From: Phallusia mammillata
Lineage: Eukaryota
DNA: 64,000 nucleotides
Direction of reading: 5' to 3'
Assembly: GCA_965637545.1 (NCBI GenBank)
Contig: OZ281499.1
Location: 2,542,001 to 2,606,000, forward strand
This document shows positions 35,015 through 49,183 of this stretch, in pieces. The stretch's first letter is position 1. Each line of letters opens with the position of its first letter. A program made the position numbers and the translations under genes. The notes under the pieces are model-generated. The model saw nothing but the letters and a program-made list of their open reading frames with translations. It made no database searches and was not told where the DNA came from.

Positions 35015-35125
35015 GGGCAGGAACTTGGCCGAATGGTCCGGCGCGCCTGCCCACATACAGACATAAACAACTTTGACCGGGATTCGTCCCCGGGAGTGTC
35101 CTGGGTTCGAACCCCGTGAAAAAAA
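35015..35125 (+). mobile_element. tRNA-derived element with A and B boxes
   Basis: TGGCCGAATGG (A box) and GGGTTCGAACCCC (B box), followed by an A run. The 5' part resembles tRNA-Leu, but there is no complete cloverleaf. Confidence 0.45.
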
Positions 35126-37913
35126 TGTTTGACATCCAGTTGCAAATTTATTGAGGCCAATGGTTGAAGTACCAGTTCTGTGTCTATTTGTTTTTGAAAG
35201 CAGTTAATTTAGAGTAAAATTTGGGTAGTTCCGGGCTTTTTAATTTACTTCATAGCTTCTGTTGCGCTTTTTGGGCTAGTTCTAACAAGTACAAATTCGA
35301 CTTGATAAAACTAGATCAAATTTTGAACTTATTTCGCACTAAGCGACCTTTTGGTTGCCGTTAAAAGTTGACGCAGCAATTCCTTGTGTAAAACTTGTTT
35401 GGTAAAATATGTTATCGAATTTGCGGTCTAAGCAGAAATGTAATGTCCAACACGAAATACAACGTTTATGGACATCGTGTTCTTGCTTTGCTATGTGTAA
35501 ACCTAAAAAAACTTGCAATCGCGGCATTTTAGTTTAAATGTGAAAAAGAATTGGCGGTAGAGAAAACTCATGGACTAGAAACAATGCAAAAACAGACAGA
35601 AAACTATGTTGGTATGAGCCAGATACTTGTACATAGCTATGTTACAAACTAAGCAAATAAAAAAATGAAGACTTGGCGAGTTGACAAGCAAGGTGTAGCC
35701 TACTGGCAATTGACACCTTAGCAAATAGCATGGCTTTTATTTATCTTCTAGGTTTACGGTGGCACTTGTACAACGGAATGTAAAAAAGGTCCCAAACAGT
35801 TGTTTAGCTGTTCATGGGAACACGAAACTTAAGCTATACGTTCTTTATGCGCAAAAACCTGCACACTCCAGTATAGACTGTGAGAGCAGCTTTTTCAGTA
35901 TAGACTATGTGGGCATGTAATTTGCAATATTAAACATCCAAAATATGCCCCGGAATATTAAAAAATGGTGCTGTACAGATGTTTTTGATACAAAATTGCA
36001 TGCACATTAGCCCCATAACAGTGACAAACACTTCATCCACAGGATTTCAGCAAAAATAATCTCGGGAAAGGGTTATATAAAAGGCTTAAAACCCGGGATA
36101 CAAACCTAAGACTGAGTGCGTTATGTGAAGCTGTCAAGCTGTCTGTCGTGTTGCAATAAAGTCAAGTTTCAAACTAAAAAGACAGACGGACTCTCAATGG
36201 GTATACATAACATGCTGATAGACAAAAACTTTTGTCAGAATGGCAATTGACATCTTCCTTAAGCTGCTGAGTTTTTAACTTACACCAGTGAATCACTACA
36301 TCCATCAGCACTTTTTCGGCAGAATCTTACAAAGGTTACTGAAAACGACTTTTCCCAACACAAATGTGGATGAAGTTGACAGAAAAGCTGCATCACTTGG
36401 ATCAAACAATACTTAGATATTCTCACTCATTTTGAGTTAAAAAGCAATCTGCCTTTTACAATGAGTGATGTCTGACACAATTTGCAACCACTCTGCTTTG
36501 TACAGAACAAACTTACATAATATTTACTCAAAGAAATCTGTAAAATTGCAAAAATGAAACTTTTGAAACAGAAAGTTCTCTGTTGTTGAATTATATAAAT
36601 GTGTATTTTATGTTGTAGACTTTGTTAATCAAAACTTTGTACATGAAATAATTATCTTTACCTGTAAAATCCTACCATAACTCATATCTCTCATTGCAAA
36701 ATTCATTTTGTCGGATCATTTTTCCCAAAAATTTGAAATCAGATGTTTTGTTTATGTCACCAATTGCAAAATGTTGATTGGTTACTTTTAAGAGAGTAAA
36801 CATTTTATTATTGTAAGTTTAACCCAATCAAAACATTATACTTACTGCTGAAAAACATCATTATATAAGTTGTACTGGATGCTTGTCTCTTTTGTGTCAA
36901 TAGCAGTGCATAAATATCAATAGTGAAATATGTCTTCTTTCACTGTCAAATGTCAAATCCAACAAACTTGCAAAATCGCTGGTGGAACATCAAAATTCTT
37001 TCCACGTCAAAAATGCCCAAGGCAAAAACAGTTGATTAGTCCAAACAATCGTGCTGCGTGGCTTGATTCTGGAGAATTTAAGAAATATCTTCTCTACAAC
37101 ATACAGCCAACAAAGACAGGTTTGTTTTACCAACAAACACATGTTATTGTACATTGTGACTGCACAATGCTTTTTTTTCTTTTTACCAATTACCACATAC
37201 TTTACCAATTACCACATACTTGAATCTAGTATACTAAGTGGCAAAGGAAATCAATTATAAAAGAGAATCTGTGAAAGTTTGCGCTGTGGCATACGGATTG
37301 AAGTCTAAAAACTTAGATTCATTAAACTTTTTCCATTCCAAGCTGCTAGAATGTTCGGCGAGGCACCAAACTCGACTGGTCTTATTGTTACCACGATTCA
37401 TGCATATATTTGCAGTTTTTTTTCTACTATTAAGGGATGACATATATATGTGAATGTGAGCATTTCTCATTTTACGACTAAATGATCACACTCCAAAACT
37501 GAACGTGGGGAATGTTGCTCTGCGATCTTATCATAAACAAGTTTGTTAGGAATTGCGGAAGTTGTAAACTGGGTTTCAGTCAGTGATAAAAAGAAATTGA
37601 GAATAGTTTCATAAATGGGACGATTCGGAATTTGTTAATATCGTCCCGATATTTCAAACTACACATAACCAAGGCGATAAAATAAAGGGTGCGTAACATC
37701 GAAAATGTGAAATAGCAGATACTTTAAAACCACAAAAAATCTTAGCTTTTTTATTACAACTTTTAACGTGACTTTGTCAGTAGTCTATTGACACTAATAA
37801 GTCACGGTAAAATGACATCGCTTATAAGCTGCCTTCAAATACATCAGGCTAGAAAACTAACAACAAATTGCTCTCTTTTGCCACCTACCGACTAAAAAAT
37901 ACTGAGCCGTATG

Positions 37914-38086
37914 CAGTGGTGAGATTCATCCAGCAGTTCTACAGAACCGTCTCACGAAATTTTATGAGATCAGCGAAACGGTTAGCATTACTGGTTACTG
38001 TTAATGGACTTTTTGTAACAGAACCGGCTGAAAAATATTACTTTTGTGATAGAATCAGTTGACAAAAAATGTGAATCCCACCACTG
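37914..38086. mobile_element. hAT-type MITE family 1, copy 5
   Basis: Perfect 8-bp TSD gccgtatg. Confidence 0.9.
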
Positions 38087-38669
38087 GCCGTATGTTAGGT
38101 CCGATAAAATATAACAGAAAACAACATTTCTGACATGTTTTAATTTATTATTTCCTTAAACGAAATAAAGCATTCAAAATTTGAATGTGGCGACATTTGA
38201 AAGCAGCTGAAAGTCGTCCAAAGCCGAAAAATAACTGAAACCCCCGTTTATTATCATGCAGCAAAAACAAAAAGAAACAATTCACTTTTGTGTTTGCAAA
38301 ATCGTTGAAATTCCCGAAAATCTCTTGCATTGGTGGAAACAATATCGTGAGAATTGGCATTCAGCTTCAAAACAAACCGATTTGAACTTTGTGTGTTTTG
38401 CATGCTGGTATCACGTGATCTCTTAATAAATCCATCAACGATTTTCGAACCTGAAGTAAAAGAAAATAATTGGGCAATAGGCAAACACTTGTGATCAGCT
38501 TTTCACAAAGCATGTTAGAACGCAGAGCAGGTGAGTAAATCTTATTTCAAAACAGTAAAATCGTAGAAGTGCATTTATTCAAAATCTTCAGCAATGTTTT
38601 TGCTTCACAACTTGTGTTTAAGATTTCAAAGACCACCAGGAATAAAAATTAGCACATTATGTTTAATCA

Positions 38670-38757
38670 GCTACACTAGCCAATACGGCCTTTGTTCTGT
38701 CACCAGATGCACTGATGAGATCTTATTAGTCGAAACAGTGTGCACTGTCTAAAGCTT
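38670..38757 (+). mobile_element. Hammerhead retroelement family A copy 4
   Basis: CUGAUGA (38712-38718)-GAU[cuuauua]GUC-GAAA-CAGU[gugc]ACUG-UC^ (after 38749). The core is perfect and stem I is decayed. Confidence 0.8.
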
Positions 38758-39724
38758 ACTTCTATTTAATCTCATATTGGTAAAACGAAATTTCACATAC
38801 AGTTAAATGATTTTTATCCAGTCTCGTAATTCAATTACAATCTAAGAATACATTACCTCAGGAATATTAACGATCGATTTTCGTTTTACGTCTTGCCAAT
38901 TCATATCCACGATAAAAGCCTTGGTATGTTCGAGAGAAAGGGCATCTAGTAAAAAGAAATAATCACATCAAGGTTTGATTCGGTTAAAAAGCTAACAACG
39001 AATATCAGAAGCAATCTGATGAATATGGACCACGTTTTGTGTTGCGAAGACAGAGGGCAGCAAAAAAAGTCAGCAAGTTTGTATTTTGTTCGCTTTATTA
39101 GGCAGTAAAACCGTAACACAACACAAATAAGGTACACATAATGCGCTAAATAAAATGCAAACAGAAAATCAAACGTTTTTGATTAGTGTGTGATGGTTGC
39201 AACAACATGATAGCTTATGTATTTTCATTTTCTTCGAATAACTACAGGTTTCGTCAAAAGTACAGTTTGTACCTTCGGCCTGTAACTCCGAGAGCAAATT
39301 TGATAACTATTTTGAAATGTAGCCTATAAGCTATTGCTGCCAGGCATAGTATCAAGTTAACTTGATATTTTGAAATGCGTTGTAATCAAACCAAAATCGT
39401 GCACTATATCCAGTTTTGATACCAAATAAGTATCTAGGAAAAGCCTCTTGTTGTAACCAATGGAAAGACGGAGTTGCGTATATAAAACGAAAAATAGTTT
39501 CCATTCTGGCGTCAGGGGAAAGATATGTCTTGGTCGTTTTTATTAAAAGCTTCTGCAAGGCAACCTTATGTAGGATTCGCCCTTAAAGGTTGAAAAACGA
39601 CAAAAGAGTGTCAAAACCAAGAAGTTTTGTGGAGCGTACAGCACCAGTAGTTCCCATCCGTATACAACCCATGGTTCGGCGCATTTGCCGGGAACAGCAA
39701 CAAACAAACAAACAAAGTCAATTC

Positions 39725-42700
39725 TTATACATCATTGTGACGTAAGTGAGGGGGTGGCGGGGGAAGGTCTGAGGGGGAACGAAAAACCGGGTTTTGTAAT
39801 TCATCACTGCGAAGGCTCCCAGCGCCAGATGAAACACTCGACAGAGTTGGGCTGCCTTGAAATGAGGCGCTTGAGCGTTGAGGAACGACAGTCACGTGTT
39901 CCAAGGTCGATGTGGTTGAGTGACTTTCGTCGATGCCGCTGTCGACCCCTGATTGGACGGCGGTGAACGAGCCGAGCGTAGTCGGTTTAGGTACAGCTTC
40001 CTGAGAGGGTAAAACAAGAGATAGTTAAGGTTTGTTTTGGTAGAAGACATAGACATATATATAGAGAGAGAGAGAAACACCGTACAAGATTTGTATCATA
40101 TATATATAGAAAAGTACAGGCTAATAAAACGGAACAAAACTTGACAAAGTTATGACGTTGCTTCCATTGACAAAGTAAAACAGGATAAGATTGATTGCTG
40201 GTTAACTTTGTCCCTTACACTGCTTGGTAAAGTACCACACAAAAACAAACACCCAAAGTCACGTGATGACACTTGGTGCATTATTACGTCACACACATAA
40301 GGCAGAAAAATTTTTCCTTCCGTTTTTCTCGTCGTTGTTAAACCATTTATAAGCATGTCCAAGCGACAATGCACTTTGCCTATATCTAAAAGCAAAGTAA
40401 CGTTTACCTTGTTGGCATCAGCATCCACCCCGGTTGGTCTGACATCGTCCACAGACACGTCATGATACATTTGCGGTACGTTAAACTCACGCTGGTCTTT
40501 GTAACGTCGACGAGGTACCCACTTGCCTATAGAAAACAGTAGCATATTAATTGCAAATCAAGTACAAGCAAAGTATTCGTCTGTTTCATGTATTTGTTGC
40601 TTCTTTTTTATGTAAGTCTTTCAGCGTATAAATGATACCTAATGCAATTTTACAAAGACAAGTATGAAGAAAAGTATTATCACATTAACAGAATGGCTCA
40701 ATGATTTTTATATTTTTGTGTTTGCCGCAAGATGGCGCAAGTTACCCTATTTATGTGGCGTTCTGCCTTCGGGGCCTGGTGTTTACCGATTGCTTGTCTG
40801 CGATCACACAGTTTTGGTTGTGTTTTTGATGTGATTTTAAAATTAAAAATACAAATATTTCGTTAAATTCGTTTGTTCAGTTTTTTAGTAGGAAAATAAT
40901 TTGTTTTTGTGGTCGTCATTTTTTAAACTTTAGTTTGAAGGCAACCCTGCATGACTAAAACTATTCGTTGAATAGAAAGTGTTAACCGTACATTGCGCTT
41001 CTAATGCTAAGCCGGGCACCAAGTACCAAAATAAGGCTAGATCAAGCCCGTTTAGAGCTATAACCAGTGATGGGGTTCAGCCGGTTCGCACCGGTTCTAT
41101 AGAACCGTCTCCCGAAATTTTATGAGACCAGCGATCCGGTTAGCATTACTGGTTACTGTCCTGGTACGTTTTGTAACAGAATTGGCTGAAAAATATGACT
41201 TTTGTGATAGAACCGGCTAAAAAATGACTTTTGTGATGGGGCCGACTGACAAAAAGTTTGAATCCCACCACTGGGTATAACTATTTGTAATGTGGTAATT
41301 TACTGTACATTGCACTACGAACTAACCTCTCTTTCGTCTTTGCTCTGAACAGCAAAACACCAGCGAACAAATAACCACCATTAATATAAGAGCGGCCACC
41401 ACAGCTACGGATATGACCAGAGATAAACTGATTACGGAAAGAAGTGGACGGCGTGGTGACGTAGTAGAGTCTGTGACGTTGCCAGTGACGTTGTTCAGTG
41501 CCGTCGCGGTTGACTGGGTTTCGGAAATAGGCGTTGTAGGCCATCGGTTTTCTCCATCACCTGTGTTAACATTTTATTTTATTGTTTAAACTTTAGAAAT
41601 ATTGAGTTAACTTAAAATGTTTTGTAAAAACATCGGATAAAACAATGCATTTGCCGGAAAAGCATCCTTAAGTTTATATTAGATAAAACTTTATATTATA
41701 TTATTAAGTTAAATATAAAACGTCTGTGTTAAAACTACTGAACTCTAAATTACACAAAATTGTTATGAAAAAAGTAGTTTTTTTTTGTTACAGTTCTATA
41801 GGAGATGATTGAAATTGAAACTTACAAAAGACAAAATCTTATTGAATTTTTGATAATCACCTGAACTTGTAAAATAAACAGTCGAATCTGTGACCACTTG
41901 GGCTGTAGTTTCAATCACTTGGCTCGTTTTCGACGTTGCATCCCCAAAAGTGAAAAGTGTTGTTGGTGACGTCATAGCTGGTGACGTAACTGGATTTAAC
42001 GTAGGTTGTGTCGTTGACGATGCTTCCGTTGGTGTAGGTTTAGTTGTAGATGCTACGACAGAAGTTATTAGGGAGGTGAGACTGCTTGTTGGAACAGCAG
42101 TGGAGGTTGTAGAACTAGTTGGAACAGCTGTGGTCGAACTCTCAAGGGTTGAGGTTGGGCTGTTTGCAAATGCAGAAGTTTGAGTTGTTTGGGAAGGTGT
42201 TGAGGTAACATCTGTGGACGTTGTAAAAACAGTAGTGGTGGCAGGGAGGGAGGTTGTCGTTTCAGTTGGAATAGCTGTACTTGATGCCGATAGGGAGGTT
42301 GTTGCAGAAGTGGGAATAGCTGTGCTGGAAGTTTCAGGGGCAGTGGTAGAGATGACAGCAATAGTAGAACCTGTAGTTAACAGGGGGGATGTAGTAGTGA
42401 TTGGAACAGTCGTCTTCGTAGTTGATGGGGAGGTTGTAGTAGTAGATGTAAGAGCGGGAGTCGAAATACAAACAGGGCAGATTTGCGCGTCAATTTCCTT
42501 TCCGAATCCGCCGTTAGGATCGTGGTAATCTTCAACGTCATAACAACTTGAAGGGAAAACTTCGGAACCAAACTTATTCACACATCGGCGAGTTCTGGTA
42601 GAAATAGACCAAGGTTAAAAAGATTGTTTTGAGTTTGCACAGACAAACAATGTTAGCATTTTATCAAATCGAGTTATTTGCAAACTGATGCAAATTTAAA

Positions 42701-45700
42701 TCTGCCTCTTTTGACAAATAGCATTGAGATAGTGTTACCTTCATTTTTTAACTGCGACCGGTAACATTACCATTAAACTAATCAGAATTTTTATATATAT
42801 ATATTTTAGTATTATCGAGTTTTACTACCAGCGTTTCTAAGTGGATCGCAGCGCTTACGTATTTAAGCGGGTTGCTTAGCAAGCTTCGTGCAGTCAGGTG
42901 ACACAAAATTATGTCATTTAAAAAGGTAAAAATGGTAGCGAAAAACTGTAAAATTTGAACGATCCAAATTCATACCTAAAATCTTTGTATTACCAATTTT
43001 TAAACACGTCACAGGTAGCCGCACGAAACTGGTTAGTAAACCCGCTTAAGCTACGATGGTGTATGGTGTTCCTATTTTGCTGTTAATCATATACGTTTTA
43101 GACACAAGATTTTGAAGAGCAGCTTACATAAGAACAAAGTTGTCATTTAATCACTCAACTTCAGTGCTAATGAAAATAATTTTGTGGGATGTTACAAGGT
43201 TGCCAAGTCTTTAATAGTAATTTTGCTCTCAGTTAGATATTAGTTTTATCAAGCACTTATTACCTGGTACGTGTACAGACGAACGGTTTGTAGCAAGCGC
43301 TCCAAGGTGACCACTCCTGCCAGCGGTAGCAGCCATCTTCGTCAATAGAGTTATTGCAATCCCGGATCCCGTCGCACACTCGGAAAGATCCGATACATTG
43401 CGCGGTAGTTGTGTTCGAAACTTGCGGCAGAATTCGCGCAAGATCGTCGGCCCTCTGGTAGACCGAACAACGGAATTGCATGAAGCAGTACCGACAGTTG
43501 TACTCGTCCGAACCGTCGATGCATTGCTTAGTGCCGTCGCATACCTGTGAAAAAAAGCATCTTTTTTGGAATTGGATTTAATGATAATTATTTCAGTATT
43601 TTTATATCTATGGTGTTGTTTTATTTGTTTCAAAATCGGGCCCCCTTTTCGCAAAAAAATCTCGTATTAGGCCTGAAAGTTGGTGATATTAAAACACAAA
43701 TAAGGTTTAGCGTAAAGTCAAACCCGAATCAATGCCATTTTTCTTTCGCAACATTAAATTTCACCTAAGTTAACTAGGAAAGTTTAAACGCTGTAATAAG
43801 TCAAAAGATTTCATCAACTAGATAAAAGTTCAATAAAAACAGTTCGATTTATTGTTTCTAGGCCATCTTAGTAAATTCTCGTCTTTTTAAGGCAATAAAA
43901 AGACTGAATACTTCAGTTTATTGCATCAATTGACATCAAGGTCACTGCATCAAGGTCATTAGTCATTGTTTACAGTTTCAATGAAAGCCGACCACAAGAA
44001 CCGCGCGTCTTTTTGATACAAGGTCAAATTTAGGACGAGCATCTGGGTCAGACGGGTTAAGACCATTAAGGAACCATAAACAGGGATTTGTACCGCTAGT
44101 GGCTCGTAAAATGTTACGACATAACTACAAGGATTCAGTTCAGTGTAAAAAATTGTAGGTCGTTTGCATTGAACTATTTCACATCTTGAATTCAGAACAT
44201 TTTTCCAAGTTTCTGTTTAACCCGTTTTGTTTAAACAAAGTTAAATGTAAATTGGTATCGCGAAAAACACGCCTTTTAGAAGTTAATTGTTAGCAAAACA
44301 CCAAATAAAAAATTACATGAAGCTTCATAAAATGTTACTAAGGTTTGGCCTAATGAAAAATTTAACGACCAAAACAGACGTAAAAAATATATGTTTAATT
44401 GTTTAGACTTTTCAGCAAATGCTCATGCCATCACCAGTGATTTTGTTTTATCTCTATTTACAACAAGACTCTACACACAGTTTGACAAACAGACTTTCAA
44501 ACAATCAAATACATTTTGTTGGAACTGTTGTAGGCAATGCATCCTGAAATTCAGAACAAATCTTGGCCTGCATGAAGTTAATGGAGCACGTTTCAGATAT
44601 TTGGGCTGTAGGCCAATACACGCAAATCTCTTATGTAACCTTTTTGTGCACCTGCAATTCTTAGTAGTTTAATCGAAATTATGCGCATCATGTTTAACAC
44701 TTCACGTTTCATTCGTCAGAGTTTGTGAATTTTGTTGGAAAGCCAATAAAATAATGTTTAGGGTTTAAATTGATGTTCAAATTTATTGGAAACTCAATGA
44801 AATGACATTTTAGGGTTTAAATTAAAATTTGTAGGGAAGTCAATAAAATGATATTTTAGAGTTTAAATTTATGTTAAAATTTATTGAAAAGTTAAAAATA
44901 ATATACTTTTATAATTGATTTATATGAAAATTTATTGAAAAGTCAATAAATATTTAGAGTCTATATTTATATTTAAAGAGTATTATACAGAAATATATAT
45001 GAAAATAATAATGTTGTTTTCAACGAACTATTTTGTTAGTTTCGTTTTGAGGACATCTCTAAAATCTTACATGTCATCGGAGGAAACTTAATGTTGTTTG
45101 GGAAATGAACTAAGATTGAAACACGTTGCAACAAACAGACAACGCCCTTTTTGTGTTGCTGCGTTGGCGCTTGCATTGTGAAAAAAAACACCGCAAAGTA
45201 CAATAGAAAACTTTTTTACGACCGCTGACCACAAGACAGATTGGGCGCTGATACAAGGCGACATTTTCATCCTTGTTCGAACAAAACTAATTCGTCAAAA
45301 CTTGACAGTAATTGAAAGGTCAGAAAATGTTTACAGGTTTTTTCGAAAGTTAAATGACAGACACGTGGATATGACCATTTGAAACACCTTTTTGTTAAAC
45401 ATTTTTCCACATTCTGTTAACCTTAGTGAGTATATAATGGTGACTTTGGTTGAAAAATCACCTTTGTAAAGTTAAATCAAGATCTTAATTTTATACCATT
45501 TAAGGTTTCTGGATTTGGTTTCTACTGCATAATAAAACGTTTTATACACAAAGATTTGTCAGTTATTTCCAAACCATGCCCGAAAACATGACATGATATG
45601 TTAAAAACGCATTATTTGGCGTTCCTGAAGATAAAAAACACATTGGACCAAATTTTGTGATTGTACTTTTTGCAGGTTGATGGAAAAGTACATACCTGGG

Positions 45701-48700
45701 ATTTGGGAATACATCTTTCATGTGGTTTTCCGCATAAGAAACCATCGCACCAACCTCCGTGCCAGTGACAACCAGTTTCATCCAAACCCTCTGCGCAATC
45801 TTTTGTCCCATCGCACACCTAAACACGAAGATGATTGCTTTATTCAAAGTAACTTGCATATTGCTTAAAAATATCCTACTTTCCATGCACTAAACATAGT
45901 TGTGCATGACAGGATTTAAAACTGGCCGTTAAATGGGGTCTGAACTCGATAGAACAAGCCCTGAACGTAATTTGTTTTGTGACAAAGCCCAAATTAGATC
46001 AGAAAGTTAAAATTGTGACAAAAACAAGGCCAGGTGTAAAGTCAGCTCCAAATCAAGCTTGCTATGTTCCAAGTACAGTCATATTAAACCGATGATCAAA
46101 TTAATATTTGGATTTTGTTTTTAAGGTGAGTCCTTTGGTCATGTTATACAGACAAGTAAATTCATGTAGGTTGGACGTTGGACTACGGCCTGTGAATAAT
46201 CGGATGTTTCACAGCAAACCAAGCCACGAACACCGCGTTTTTATGATTAAAATAGACTGATTTAGCTCGCCTACTCATACGTTGTGGTTTAAGCGCCTTC
46301 TTGCATTAAACACCTAAACCGCATTGGGACCGTGAAAATGTATTTTGTTTGTTGCGGTTTTGTCGCTACAAGTTCAAGTCGCTTGGGCCAGCTGGCGCGA
46401 CTTCCATATGTTTTGGCCGAATGGCTGACATGTGGTTAAAGAACACTTGTACACAAAGATTGTATGCTCGTTTTTTCAACAATCAAATCAGATAGAACCT
46501 TATTACAACTGTTATTGCTTACGTTCAAATTGCGCAATGGTTATATCATGAATTAAACACAGCATCCTTAAGTTTGTTAAGGAAATGCATACTATTCCGG
46601 ACATGAGTATGAATTAGTAATAACCAACTCCGATTGTAGCCCTTACATTCAATTGGCCTGTTGAGTAAATTTGTGAAGCTTAATGCACATTAACCTAAAT
46701 ACTGGATCGATTGAAGGGCATTGGTTTTGATCCTTGAAAACGACAGGGGCAATCTGTTAATCTTGCTGTTACTTATGTCAATCATCGATCTCGCTTTTAA
46801 CCCGATGTGTTATGGTATTTGGTACATGGTAGTTACTACATGCTGTTTAGCGGATTATCTGGTCGCCTGCAACATAGGTTATTGCCTTCAAAAGCCCATA
46901 ATTCTTGTTTACTCCCACGACATTGATTTTCAAGTGCATGAACTTTACTGAAAAATATTTAAAAGAATAACAGCATAGTTTCTAAAATATGCGTTGAAAA
47001 ATGCTTTTTTAATAATTAAAAGTTTCAGTTGGACCACGACAGTTGGATTTAGCTGTCAAAAAAATAAAGTGTATTTTTGCACAGCAATTTCACGTTAGAC
47101 AGCTTATAGTCCATGAATTACCTTTTGACTTAGTTTAATTTCGTATAAAACCAATAAATGTCGGCTTTTGTTATACGCCTGTTTGAAATAAGACAGTTTC
47201 CTACGTACCGATTCGATTTTAATAGCAATGAGCAGTCACAATAATAAGTAAGCTGCAGACAGTGTAGTCTACACCCAATTCTTTTTTCCACATTAATTCA
47301 AGTAAACATTAAATACCTGGCTAGAGGAGATGCATGGCTTAGAATCGGCATGGTGCGCGCAAGTAAATGAAGTAGTTTGATTGCATTCGTTGCATCCAAC
47401 TTCGTCCTGGCCATCAGGGCACTGCTTGATTCCATCACACTACACAAAACAACACAAGTTAATGGACGCTAATGGCTGCTGGGATTGATGCATTAGTTTC
47501 AATTGGAACAAGTAAACAACGTGGAATGGTAAACAAATGCAAAATGTTTATTTGATTCTGTTTACAACGAACAACAGAGGGCCATATGGTAAAGTATTTC
47601 GTGAAGCTAATAAATATGGGAGACAAGGCAGTCCGAATTTATAACGTTGTGTGTACAGTATATGTAATATTTACAGTGAACGATGTAATGTAATAGAGTA
47701 AAATATATACATTATCTCTTTTCAGTCCAGCCGAATATGCGTCCAATTTTTACAACTTTTTAAAAGTACGATTGGCATCCATTTTTAAAATGAGACAGGT
47801 TTTTTTGTATTCTTTCGCTCTAAAACACACACAAAATAGTGTTTTCAATGTAAACTCTTAATTTCTACAATATCACCCTGAAATAACAATCAAAAATAAG
47901 GACATAAGTGGCGAATTAATACGTGTTCCTCTCCTTGCTTTCTATAACACCATGCGGTTTGTCATTTAAAAAATGACATGTCGTGTACGAAAAAGTTGTG
48001 ACAGATTGCGCATTACCTCAAAACGCACTCGCTATAATCCGATGAACACGCGAGAGCACTTATTGCGACACATTATGTTAGTCTGCGACAAAATGAAGCA
48101 TCACATACACGACTAGCTCGACAAATTTATATGGCACCTACCAGCGAGCTTCGTTAAGTGAATTTTTACAATTTTATTTGAAATATGACATTTTATTTAA
48201 AAATCTTATGTCATTCTCAAATATAAAATATGTCGAAACGTTATGTTTTTTACAAATATATTGGATTGTCCGTTTCTAATTAGAATCTTTTAAGCGGTGA
48301 ATTGTGTACCTAAAATATTAAACAGTTTTTTCAGGTCTGCAAAATTAGATTTTTATCTGTATGCAGTCTTTTATTACGTCACATCGTGCATGTTTTGTTA
48401 TTCGGTTGCACCTTTCACGACTTTGCAGCGGCTGCATTGAAACGAATTTGCATGGCAATTGAATGTTCTTACGTGAACAGCTAAAAAGCCCTTTAAATGC
48501 CAGAATGCAAATTTGTAATAAAGAGCAAACTCTATCATGCATCAATGGACAATGATTGCGAGTTAAGATAACCTTAATTAAATTGTTGTTTGGAAATTGT
48601 TATTAAACGCAAAAATGTGCCACCGACGCGCTGTCCCTACAAGATACAATGATGGACAATGTAGTCTATCAAAAGTATTAAAATACAATTGTATTTCCAT

Positions 48701-49183
48701 GATAGTCAAAGATGTCTAGTTTGATAAGAAAAGCATTAGGGATGCGGCTACTATAAGATACACTACAGTAAAATGCAGATAGAAGCTACAATTATTACAC
48801 TGATTGCCTTCCACATTTTTGAGAATATTTTTTATAAGCCAGAATTATATAATCTGGTACTAATGTTAAATCGTACAAACAAGCACATAAATTACCTGAA
48901 CCCCACCGGCACAAAAAGCCCCATTTCCCCGGCTTTGACAGGCTCCCTTCAATTCAGATTTTCCTTCACAACATTCATATTTGTCGACCTTGCTGTTGCT
49001 GAGAAGACCGATGGATTGATTGGAACAATTTAGACAAGTCATCTGCTGGTCATCGTAAGGTATCCAGCCATCAGGGGATATATTGGAGTCGTACAGAGTA
49101 GTAGGGCACCACCTTGTTTCAGCTGATGCTTGCTGGGTTAAATACCCAAGTATTGAGAGGTATAGCACAAGTTTAAGCATCAT
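39725..49183 (-). CDS. Type I membrane protein: LDLa x4 - TSP1 - Ser/Thr mucin stalk - TM - tail with NPVF and PPPPP (about 725 aa)
   Basis: Exons 49183-48896 (signal peptide), 47439-47317, 45818-45696, 43544-43264 (CDG..DC..G.DE..C repeats; WQEWSPWSAC), 42594-41861 (T/S-rich), 41560-41327 (TM ISLSLVISVAVVAALILMVVICSLVF), 40526-40408 and 40000-39725. All phases are compatible. Confidence 0.9.
41065..41273. mobile_element. hAT-type MITE family 1, copy 6
   Basis: TSD gctataac/ggtataac. Has an internal duplication of the TGACTTTTGTGAT subunit. Confidence 0.9.
42867..43045. mobile_element. MITE with TTAA target site (piggyBac/Kolobok-like)
   Basis: TTAA|GCGGGTT...AACCCGC|TTAA with an imperfect inverted repeat of about 35 bp. 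Confidence 0.65.
44745..44960. repeat. Degenerate AT-rich tandem repeat (about 50 bp)
   Basis: TTTAG(G/A)GTTTAAATT recurs near 44757, 44809 and 44856. Confidence 0.6.

Noticed and set aside
35910-36212. Solo-LTR-like segment (TATATAAAA, AATAAA, ending in ACA)
   Set aside because: I found no matching TSD, second LTR, PBS or PPT.
37255-38484. ORF fragments vaguely like GIY-YIG or hAT transposase remnants
   Set aside because: The resemblance is too weak and has no diagnostic motifs.
40055-40080. (TA)n(GA)n microsatellite
   Set aside because: This is an ordinary short intronic simple repeat.
41890-42528. Long Val-rich plus-strand ORFs
   Set aside because: They are antisense shadows of the Thr/Ser-rich mucin exon.
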